64,000 nt of DNA. Source: Candidatus Poribacteria bacterium. Its GTDB lineage: Bacteria > Poribacteria > WGA-4E > PCPOR2b. Location: the NCBI GenBank assembly GCA_965220385.1, contig OZ244825.1:777142-841141 (forward strand), written 5' to 3'. The stretch's first letter is position 1, and every line of letters starts with the position of its first letter. The translations under genes were made by a program, and so were the position numbers. Under the pieces are notes generated by a model. It ran no database searches. It was not told where the DNA came from and saw only the letters and a list, made by a program, of their open reading frames with translations. This document shows positions 18,587-26,520 of this stretch, piece after piece.

Positions 18587-19357
18587 ATGAAAACGGTACT
18601 TGACCTGCTTCGTCACCCGTTGGTTCTCGGTGCACTCGTATTGAGCATCCTCATTGTGGTTGGTGTGTATTTCGGAAGCCATTGGTACTATGGTGATGTT
18701 GAACCAGTTGAGATACCGGAGATCTCCGCTCCTACTCCCGCCCTGCCTAAAAAATCTGCCTCCTCTGAAGTTGATTTGAGTGGCTTACAAGGGGAATCAT
18801 TGACACTGGAAACGGAATCAACGCCTACAGCACCGTCTATGGCAGTCGAGTCGGTCGATGATTTCTTAGCAGAGCTATCGGCTGAAGAGAAAGTACTGTT
18901 GACGGCGGAAGTGGTGGAAGATACGCAGCCGGTTTCCCCATTCGGTTTTGGTCCATATCCCCAAGTACCTTTAGACTTTCCCAGAGATCCCATCTGGGAA
19001 GCAGTCGAGATGTACGAAAAAATCAATCAACATGGACGTGGTATGATGAAGGCAATAGAATTGATGGATCGGGTTGTAATAAAACTCTGGAATCAGGGGC
19101 ATAGAGCAAGCTCTGCGTCAATGAGTAAAGGACGCGTCTATCCGGGATTTCCCAACACGGTTTATGTCCGATGGAGTTACATTGAAGAACCAGATGGGAC
19201 AATTACTCGATATGCAGGACGAAAAACGAGTGGGCCGGACATCCCCGAAAGTGTCTTTGATGCTTTAAGTGAGGGGATTGTCCCACCCGGCATAACCGTA
19301 CTTGATCATGATGCTGATGGAATAGATCCTTACACTTTTTTGAATCTTAATCAATAA
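18587..19357 (+). CDS. Membrane-anchored acidic hypothetical protein (SPFGFGPYPQVP family), cassette 3
   Basis: GAGGAG RBS; paralogue of 16657-17421; ends GIDPYTFLNLNQ. Confidence 0.8.
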   Translation: MKTVLDLLRHPLVLGALVLSILIVVGVYFGSHWYYGDVEPVEIPEISAPTPALPKKSASSEVDLSGLQGESLTLETESTPTAPSMAVESVDDFLAELSAEEKVLLTAEVVEDTQPVSPFGFGPYPQVPLDFPRDPIWEAVEMYEKINQHGRGMMKAIELMDRVVIKLWNQGHRASSASMSKGRVYPGFPNTVYVRWSYIEEPDGTITRYAGRKTSGPDIPESVFDALSEGIVPPGITVLDHDADGIDPYTFLNLNQ

Positions 19358-19368
19358 GGAGAAATAAA

Positions 19369-19767
19369 ATGCGTATACGTTTTTGGGTCGGTTCGATAAT
19401 CTGCCTTGGTTCAATAATCTGTCTTTTGGTTACTTTTTCCGTACTTACCTCGATAAGCCACGCGGCAGGTTGTGACGAGTCAGAGTGTGACGAAGGGGTC
19501 TGTGCTAGTGCGAGGATAAGTGGTGGGGCAGAGCTAAAAGCAAGAGGGGTCGTGCGTGCTCCGAACAACTGTTGGGGCGGCTGGGGGATAAACGTGCGCG
19601 CTGGAACTAACAGTGACAGCGATTCAGACTATTACACAGGTGGGACAAGGAACGATCTGGAGGTTAAGCAGCATACGAGCCAAGCGAAAGCAACCTCGTG
19701 GATTACTGGGTATAATAGGCATGACGAGTCTTATTATGCCAATGCCTGTGATGAGTCTGGTGGTTGA
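19369..19767 (+). CDS. Small secreted acidic Cys-containing protein, cassette 3
   Basis: TAAGGAG RBS; signal peptide ending SHA; five Cys in the mature part; homologous to 17436-17804. Confidence 0.75.
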   Translation: MRIRFWVGSIICLGSIICLLVTFSVLTSISHAAGCDESECDEGVCASARISGGAELKARGVVRAPNNCWGGWGINVRAGTNSDSDSDYYTGGTRNDLEVKQHTSQAKATSWITGYNRHDESYYANACDESGG

Positions 19768-19892
19768 TTCATCTGCAAAGCACGGACTGTTGACATTTTG
19801 TGCTTGAGATTTGTATAGTAACAGCGATTTCGCCGGAGTAGGCTTGTTAGGTATTGCTTAACAAGTTCAAGTTTTTTACAAACCCATATCAT

Positions 19893-19947
19893 AAAAAACG
19901 GGATGGATACCGTATCGCCTATCTTGTGGTGTCCAACCCGTTTTTTG
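19893..19947. terminator. Probable bidirectional intrinsic terminator
   Basis: AAAAAACGGGATGGATACC...GGTGTCCAACCCGTTTTTTG. Confidence 0.55.
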
Positions 19948-20043
19948 TGCCCAAGATCCGAAAAAACTTCATATTTCCCCTGTGGATGTTTCTTTACGTC
20001 CGGTGATGAAATATCTCTAGTTAAAAGGGAGTCTGCGCTCTTG

Positions 20044-20212
20044 ACACAGTAGGGCTGTGTCCTAAATCAATACAACCCGCGGCATCATACTCTTTTTTCA
20101 GGGGATATGATACCGCTTTTTTTGTGCTCACAGCGTGGCGTGAGTCGGCTAAAGTGCTTCAAAACCTCCCCATCTTTTTATCGGAATATGGTATAATCAC
20201 GCAAGTTGTTAT
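20044..20212 (+). repeat. Cassette-boundary repeat, copy D; its TGGTATAAT is a likely extended -10 for sucC
   Basis: GCGGCATCATAC...TATGATACCGCTTTTTTTGTGCTCAC...GGAATATGGTATAATCACGCA, ~35 bp before the ATG at 20231. Confidence 0.8.
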
Positions 20213-20230
20213 CTATCAGAAGGGAAAGCG

Positions 20231-21430
20231 ATGAGACTCCTCGAACATCAAAGCAAAAAATTACTCTCCAACTTCGGATTAGCTTTCACGGACTCGACGC
20301 TGGTTAACTCAATGGGTGAGGTGCGAGCAACCGTTGAGCGTGTCGGGCTGCCCGTTGTCCTGAAGGCGCAGACCCCTTTCGGTGGACGTGGGAACATCGG
20401 GGCGGTGAAGTTCGCGGAGACCGTGGATCAAGCCGTCATCGCGGCAAAGGCTTTGTTCGGGATGGACGTGCGCGGCACAATCGTTGACGTGGTTTCGATT
20501 GAACCGAGGCTAAACTACGAACGCGAGTTTTACGTTGGTATTACATGGGATACGGTCGCAAAGCTGCCGGTTGTACTATTGAGCCTCGCCGGTGGTGTGG
20601 ATGTTGAATCCTCCCAGAGCGATCAGGGCGCACGTCAGTCATTTGACCCGTGGACGGGACTCGCACCTTATGAGGCGAGAGGATTGGCCGCCAAAGTTGG
20701 ATTAACGGGAAAAACCTTCTTGGGAGTCGGGGATACTCTTACCAAGTTGTCGGGAGCGTTTCTCGCCTGCGATGCCGTCACGATGGAGATCAATCCGTTA
20801 GTCGTTATCGAGGACGAGACACTTATCGGGCTTGATGCGCGCCTAGAGATTGAGGACGAGGCGGTGTATCGGCAGCGGAAACGGTTGGAGCCGTTGGGCG
20901 AACTGACGGTGACCGCAGCGGGTCGTCCGCCCACGCCTCTGGAACTGGAGGCACAACGTATCGATGCAATAGACCATCGGGGCGTTGCCGGACGCGTGGT
21001 CGAATTTGACGGCGATCTCGCCCTCCTGATCGGTGGCGGCGGCGCAAGCCTGACCGTTTTCGACGCAATCAAAGCGCACGGCGGAAGTCCGGCGAACTAC
21101 TGCGAAGTAGGCGGAAACCCGACGGAGGAGAAGGTTGCTGCCATAACATCGCTCCTGCTATCAAAGCCGGGAGTGAAGGGGCTGGCAGTTATCATGAATG
21201 TGGTCAACAACACCCGTGCGGATGTCATCGCTCGCGGTGTCCTCATGGGGGTCGAGACCGCAGGAAGAAAACCCGCGGAGACAATCAGCCTCTTCCGTGT
21301 CCCCGGCAACTGGGAGGCGGAAGCGCGGGAGATCATGGAGGCAGCCGGCGTCGAAGTCTACGGACGCGAGGTGTCGTTAGATACGGCTGCCCGGTTGGCT
21401 GTTGAAAGGAATCGCGCCCATGCTGCTTGA
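20231..21430 (+). CDS. sucC: Succinate-CoA ligase beta-subunit-like ATP-grasp protein
   Basis: MRLLEHQSKKLL, VVLKAQ..GGRG, EINPL, GGGGAS and PANYCEVGGNP; divergent, so the substrate may be malate, citrate or another acid. Confidence 0.8.
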   Translation: MRLLEHQSKKLLSNFGLAFTDSTLVNSMGEVRATVERVGLPVVLKAQTPFGGRGNIGAVKFAETVDQAVIAAKALFGMDVRGTIVDVVSIEPRLNYEREFYVGITWDTVAKLPVVLLSLAGGVDVESSQSDQGARQSFDPWTGLAPYEARGLAAKVGLTGKTFLGVGDTLTKLSGAFLACDAVTMEINPLVVIEDETLIGLDARLEIEDEAVYRQRKRLEPLGELTVTAAGRPPTPLELEAQRIDAIDHRGVAGRVVEFDGDLALLIGGGGASLTVFDAIKAHGGSPANYCEVGGNPTEEKVAAITSLLLSKPGVKGLAVIMNVVNNTRADVIARGVLMGVETAGRKPAETISLFRVPGNWEAEAREIMEAAGVEVYGREVSLDTAARLAVERNRAHAA

Positions 21431-22307
21431 CCCGAAGGGGGGTGTTCTCGTGCAGGGGATCACCGGCAGGGAAGCGAGCCGTATGGTCGAAGACTCGCTC
21501 GCCTACGGGAGTAACATCGTCGCCGGTGTAACACCCGGTAAGGGAGGACAGGGCGTCCACGGAGTGCCCGTCTACGACACAGTCGCAGCAGCGGTTGAGA
21601 AGCATCGCCCAACGATCAGCATTATCTCTGTTCCGCCTCCCGCCGTGCTTGATGCCGCCCTCGAATCCTTCTCCGCCGGTATGCAGCTCTGTCTGATTAT
21701 GACGGAGCGTGTCCCACAACTGGACACCAGTAAATTACTGATCGCCGCCCGCTGCACCGGTTGCACCGTCATCGGTCCCAATTCGTTGGGGCTGATCCGT
21801 CCGGGAATTGCGAAACTCGGCACCATCGGCGGTCGCGTGGATAATGTGCGACGTTCCTTTATGCCGGGCAAGGTCGCTGTGCTATCTCGCAGCGGTGGTA
21901 TGACCACCGAGATCGCCAGCTATCTGACCAGTCGTGGCGTGGGGCAGAGTATCGCTATCGGCGTGGGCGGGGATGCACTCATCGGCTCCAATTTCACGGA
22001 ACTGATTGAACGCCTTGAGGCGGATCCCGACACGGATGCTGTAGTTATCTATGGGGAGCCGGGCGGGGCTGCGGAGGAGCAGCTCGCAGCGCGAATGAAG
22101 CAAAAATCGTCCCGACTCCGAATAGTTGCCTTTCTGTCCGGCAGCTTCGTTGATGACCTCGAAGGTGTACGGTTCGGTCATGCCGGGGTGATCGTCGAAG
22201 GGGGACGCGGATCAGTTCGTGGGAAGGTGAAAGCCCTCCGTGAAGCCGGAATATTTGTAGCAGAGACGTTTGAGGACATTTTACACGGGCTTGAACCTGA
22301 TGCGTAG
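21420..22307 (+). CDS. sucD: Succinate-CoA ligase alpha-subunit-like protein
   Basis: VQGITG, GVTPGKGG, IGPNSLG, SRSGGMT, GEPGG and phospho-His motif FGHAG; overlaps the end of sucC. Confidence 0.85.
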   Translation: MLLDPKGGVLVQGITGREASRMVEDSLAYGSNIVAGVTPGKGGQGVHGVPVYDTVAAAVEKHRPTISIISVPPPAVLDAALESFSAGMQLCLIMTERVPQLDTSKLLIAARCTGCTVIGPNSLGLIRPGIAKLGTIGGRVDNVRRSFMPGKVAVLSRSGGMTTEIASYLTSRGVGQSIAIGVGGDALIGSNFTELIERLEADPDTDAVVIYGEPGGAAEEQLAARMKQKSSRLRIVAFLSGSFVDDLEGVRFGHAGVIVEGGRGSVRGKVKALREAGIFVAETFEDILHGLEPDA

Positions 22308-22399
22308 GTTGGTTCATTGGTGCACCGGTTTATCAATCGCACCAATGAACTGTTGAACCAATGAACTTTTCTTTAATGAACGAATGAACGAGCGAACGA

Positions 22400-24682
22400 A
22401 TGAACTCTTGGTACAGTATTAAAGGACTGGTTCGGTATTTATCCGCCATCCTTCTATTTGCCCTGTTCATATATCTACCTGCTGCACATTCACAGCAATT
22501 TATAGCGAAGGACGGGGAAATTCGCGGGACGGTCTATGGTCAAGAGGCGAGCGAGCCGTTAGTGGACGCTACCGTCCGATTGGTCGAAAGCGACCGAGTG
22601 ACGCTGACCGATGATAAGGGTGGATTTCGATTCGAGGATCTGTCTCCCGGCGATTATACATTGGCTGTGATTGCCATCGGTTATCGTCTCCTTGAGGAGA
22701 ACAACGTCGCTATGGTGAAGTCGGGCGAGGTGACTGAGGTCGAGATTTATCTTGCCCCGGTCGATACGATCTTAGATGAGGTCGAGGTCAGATCGCGGTC
22801 CATACCGACGACCGTCGGTAGGCAGACCGTAGGCGTCATGGAGATTAAACGGATCCCCGGCAGCGCAGGGGACGCACTCCGAGCACTCCAGGCGTTGCCG
22901 GGGATCGGTGTCGCAAGTGATTTCGACGGTCAACTCTATATCCGCGGCGGTGCCCCCGACGACAACCGGTTTTACCTTGATCGTGCCCCTCTCTTTTATC
23001 CCTACCACTTTGGTGGCTTGGTCTCAACTATCAATTCAGAGGTGCTCAACCGGATTGATGTCTACGCCGGCGGATTCGGAGCGGAGTTTGGAGCGGACGC
23101 CCAAGCCGTAATAGACATCTATTCGCGGCGTGGCAGGGAAGATCGGATAGGCGGCAAATTTAACGTGAACCTCCTCTATTCCGAGGGGTTGGTTGAAGGA
23201 CCGATTGGAGGGCGCGGGTCCTGGTATCTCGCAGGGCGGCGAAGCTATGTCGACCTCTTCCTGATGGAGACTACCCAGATCACGGCGTTTCCGCGATTCT
23301 GGGACTATCAGGCGAAGGTCAGCTACGATCTCTCTGACAATCACCAATTCGACGTTAAGGCGTTCGCCGCGGGCGATGTCATGGGGTTTAAGTTGGGTTT
23401 AGAAGATGTTGATTATGATCCAACGCTCGCAGGAAGGTTCGACCTTGAAGGGCGATTTGGTGTGCAAGCCGCGGATCTCAGATCAACACTGACCGACCGC
23501 CTCACTTCGCATCTCTCCGTCTCGCGTGCGACTTTCTTACAAGCCTTTAGCTTCGGTCAAGGCCTTTTCCTGCGACTGGAGCCGATCCAGTACGAAGTCC
23601 GCGAGGACCTCGCCTACCGCTTGAATTCGCAACATCAGCTTGAATCGGGGCTGCTTGTTTCTACGGCGCAGTGGAACGGATCCGCCAACTTTCCTCGCCG
23701 CGCCGATGAAGGGGACCCGCAGGCGACCGAATCTCAATTCTTCACCTTTGCGGAAAAGATCTCTGTAGATTTTGCCGAACGGTTCAACGTCATTGAGGGG
23801 TATCTCCAGAATCGGTATGACCCGTTTGCGTTCTTATCGCTTACGTTAGGGCTGCGGCTGGACTATTTTAACCTTACCGATCGCGTCTCCGTGGGACCGC
23901 GGGGCAGCCTTCAATTCAATATACCGGGCGGTTCAGAGCTCCGCTTTGCCTACGGTAGATACGAGATTAGTCCTTATCCATGGCAAATTATCCCGGGATA
24001 CGGAAATCCGGAGGTGAAGGAGAATACGGCGACCCATTATATCCTGGAATTGGAACGGGAAATTAGCGCCCAAACACGGCTCAAGGTTGCCGGTTATCAG
24101 AAAGATTTTAGAGACCTAATTACCCGTGATCAGGTCGCGGGATACCTGAATCAAGGACAGGGCTACGCGCGTGGGATTGAAATTTCTCTCAAACATCGTG
24201 CCGGCGACCGATTCTTCGCTTGGGCGAACTACGGCTACTCTGTTTCTAAACGCGAAGACCGGCCCGGCGATCCAGAGCGACTCTATTCGTTTGATCAGCC
24301 CCACGTCGCAACGCTCACAGCAAGCTATCTGATCACACCGACATGGGAGATCGGTGCGAAGTGGCAGTATCGCTCCGGGCTGCCCTACACGCCGGTAGTC
24401 GGTCGGGAGATTCGACGCCATCCAGATACAGGTCGCCCCCGCTACAGTCCTCTCTTCGGCGAAACGAACACGGCGCGGGTACCGCCGTTCCACCGCTTGG
24501 ACATCCGTATCAGCAAGTCGTTCATCTATCAGCGTTGGCGATGGAGCATCTTCCTTGAGGTACTTAATGCATATAATCGCAAGAATGTGTTAGATGTTGA
24601 TTACAACAGAAGCTACACAGAGGAGCGATACCTCTACCAATTGCCCATAGTCCCGTATCCGGGGATAACGGTTGAGTTCTAA
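22400..24682 (+). CDS. TonB-dependent outer-membrane receptor with an N-terminal carboxypeptidase-regulatory-like domain
   Basis: Signal peptide, TDDKGGFRF, LPGI...IRGG, IDVYAGGFGAEFG, FHRLD.R, NAYNRKN and terminal F. Confidence 0.9.
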   Translation: MNSWYSIKGLVRYLSAILLFALFIYLPAAHSQQFIAKDGEIRGTVYGQEASEPLVDATVRLVESDRVTLTDDKGGFRFEDLSPGDYTLAVIAIGYRLLEENNVAMVKSGEVTEVEIYLAPVDTILDEVEVRSRSIPTTVGRQTVGVMEIKRIPGSAGDALRALQALPGIGVASDFDGQLYIRGGAPDDNRFYLDRAPLFYPYHFGGLVSTINSEVLNRIDVYAGGFGAEFGADAQAVIDIYSRRGREDRIGGKFNVNLLYSEGLVEGPIGGRGSWYLAGRRSYVDLFLMETTQITAFPRFWDYQAKVSYDLSDNHQFDVKAFAAGDVMGFKLGLEDVDYDPTLAGRFDLEGRFGVQAADLRSTLTDRLTSHLSVSRATFLQAFSFGQGLFLRLEPIQYEVREDLAYRLNSQHQLESGLLVSTAQWNGSANFPRRADEGDPQATESQFFTFAEKISVDFAERFNVIEGYLQNRYDPFAFLSLTLGLRLDYFNLTDRVSVGPRGSLQFNIPGGSELRFAYGRYEISPYPWQIIPGYGNPEVKENTATHYILELEREISAQTRLKVAGYQKDFRDLITRDQVAGYLNQGQGYARGIEISLKHRAGDRFFAWANYGYSVSKREDRPGDPERLYSFDQPHVATLTASYLITPTWEIGAKWQYRSGLPYTPVVGREIRRHPDTGRPRYSPLFGETNTARVPPFHRLDIRISKSFIYQRWRWSIFLEVLNAYNRKNVLDVDYNRSYTEERYLYQLPIVPYPGITVEF

Positions 24683-24705
24683 TCCAAGACTGCCATTAGC
24701 GATTG

Positions 24706-26484
24706 CTATTTGAGAATAACCATCTTTCGAGTGCTGGAATAATCCCCTGCATGTAGCTGGTAAAAATAGATACCGCTCCCCACCGGCTCGCCTAACTGGT
24801 TGCGTCCGTCCCAATACGCCGCACGCGTCCGATCCATGTAATACCCCGCCACCTGATGCCCTAAATCCAATTGCCGGACCAACATGCCCTCGGTATCATA
24901 GATGGTAAGCGTTACCTCCGCAGCGTGAGCCAGTTGATACGGGATCCATGTCTCTGGATTGAAGGGGTTGGGGTAGTTCGCAAGTAAGGTAGTTTGGTCG
25001 GGACGGATCGCTTCCAAAATGTGCTTTAGGTTAAGGATACCCTCTTGAAAGGGAAGTGAGCCATCATCCACTGCGTGCGCCATATCTATCCAATTCTGAA
25101 TCGTCTCGGAATTGATGCCTGATAGGGGTTGCATTCCTACACCGGGGGCTAAGCCGTTTGAAGATTCACCTAAGCGTTGGGCAACTTGGATAAGGTCGAA
25201 AATATTGACCACCCCATCACTGTTGATATCAGCTTGCGGGTTGGATTGACCAAAGTTTTGAGCCACTACAATCAGATCGAAGATATTTATCTGTCCATCC
25301 CCGTTGACATCCCGCGAGTTGCCGACGGTAATTGAATTGACGACGATTCTGAAGGGAATTCGGCCTCCGCTCGGATCGCCCAACCTAACTCCGCGTAGCC
25401 TTAAATTTCCCTCCCCTACTGTCTTTGCTTCAAAGGTTATGGATAGCAAGGTTCCAGTTCCGCTGATGCCGCCTGCGCTGATACGTGCTAACGCGGAGCC
25501 GGTGATTTCGCCCGCGGTATTGTTGATGCTGCCCGCCTGAAAAAAGGTTTGTCCGTTGTTCTGGGAAAGAAAATCCCCTTCACTGACAGAGACGGCTTGG
25601 AGAACCGCAGGATCGAACGTAATATCGAGTTCCCAACCTGCTAAATTGGTAATGTCTTCGACCATGAGTCCGAGTGTAAATGTATCACCTACGTTTACTG
25701 AATCAGTTGTGGGAAAGAAAATTCTTGCCAAATTATCCTCTACAATCTTCGCATCCCCGATTAAGACGCCATGGTTCCCATGTCGGGATAGATCGTTGGC
25801 TGTCCCGTCATCGAAGTTCCAGTAACCGGCGAGCCCTGACTCATTTCCCTGAAGCACGGTATTCATTGTGGCTTGGATCTCCGCTTCCGTGCGAACAAAA
25901 TTCCAGAGTCGTACTTCGTCAATCAGACCATCGAAAAAATTCCGAGCACTTGGCCGACGACCGCCAATTTTGAAGTAGTTATGCTCGTCATAAACGTCCC
26001 CAATTTCCCCTGTGCCGACGCTTGAAAACACCAGCACCCCGTTGGCAAAGAGTTGAAAGGTCTGCGTCTCCTCTGAATAGGTGAATGCGAGATGTGCCCA
26101 TGTGCCCTCGGGAACGACATATTCGGTGTTAACCCAATCCCATCCCGGATTCTCGTTGCTAACGGCGAACCGAATACTGCCATCCTCAAATCGCCCGAGT
26201 TCATATTCACCCTCCTTATTGACGATAATTCCTCCGTTCGTTCGGGTATCACCCTGGCCCGAACCTGGACCTAACGGATGGATCCAAGTTTCAATGGTTA
26301 GTGTAAGGGGCATGACCAAGGATTGTGCGTGTTCAACGCGGACTTCGTCGCCTTCACCATCCAGACTCAATACAGAACCGATCCCTGCGGCAAGGCTCAA
26401 GTTGAAACTTCCACAAAAGAGGAAGAGAAGAATTGACACCCACAGGCTATGTTTCAGGAAATTACGAACCGCGTATCTTTTCAT
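24706..26484 (-). CDS. Secreted LamG + cohesin + dockerin protein with FlgD-Ig/T9SS-like C-terminal domain
   Basis: LTIETWI, WAHLAFTY, FDGLIDEVRLW (LamG); VGDTFTL...DITFDPAVLQA (cohesin); DVNGDGQINIFDL and DINSDGVVNIFDL (dockerin); NYPNPFNPETWIPYQL...RKMVILK. Confidence 0.85.
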   Translation of the reverse strand: MKRYAVRNFLKHSLWVSILLFLFCGSFNLSLAAGIGSVLSLDGEGDEVRVEHAQSLVMPLTLTIETWIHPLGPGSGQGDTRTNGGIIVNKEGEYELGRFEDGSIRFAVSNENPGWDWVNTEYVVPEGTWAHLAFTYSEETQTFQLFANGVLVFSSVGTGEIGDVYDEHNYFKIGGRRPSARNFFDGLIDEVRLWNFVRTEAEIQATMNTVLQGNESGLAGYWNFDDGTANDLSRHGNHGVLIGDAKIVEDNLARIFFPTTDSVNVGDTFTLGLMVEDITNLAGWELDITFDPAVLQAVSVSEGDFLSQNNGQTFFQAGSINNTAGEITGSALARISAGGISGTGTLLSITFEAKTVGEGNLRLRGVRLGDPSGGRIPFRIVVNSITVGNSRDVNGDGQINIFDLIVVAQNFGQSNPQADINSDGVVNIFDLIQVAQRLGESSNGLAPGVGMQPLSGINSETIQNWIDMAHAVDDGSLPFQEGILNLKHILEAIRPDQTTLLANYPNPFNPETWIPYQLAHAAEVTLTIYDTEGMLVRQLDLGHQVAGYYMDRTRAAYWDGRNQLGEPVGSGIYFYQLHAGDYSSTRKMVILK

Positions 26485-26520
26485 GAATCTTGACTCCTTA
26501 AAATTTAGGCTAAAGGTGAA

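Noticed and set aside
19369-19767. RiPP precursor
   Set aside because: It has a Sec-type signal peptide, and no modifying enzymes or peptidase-ABC transporter lie nearby.
12438-20212. Classical integron
   Set aside because: No tyrosine integrase in the window, no RYYYAAC/GTTRRRY attC ends recognised, and each cassette has its own promoter.
22312-22400. AATGAAC-type short repeats as regulatory iterons
   Set aside because: Similar low-complexity tracts occur in several intergenic regions (~48,020, ~50,180, ~58,620) without fixed spacing; no function can be supported.
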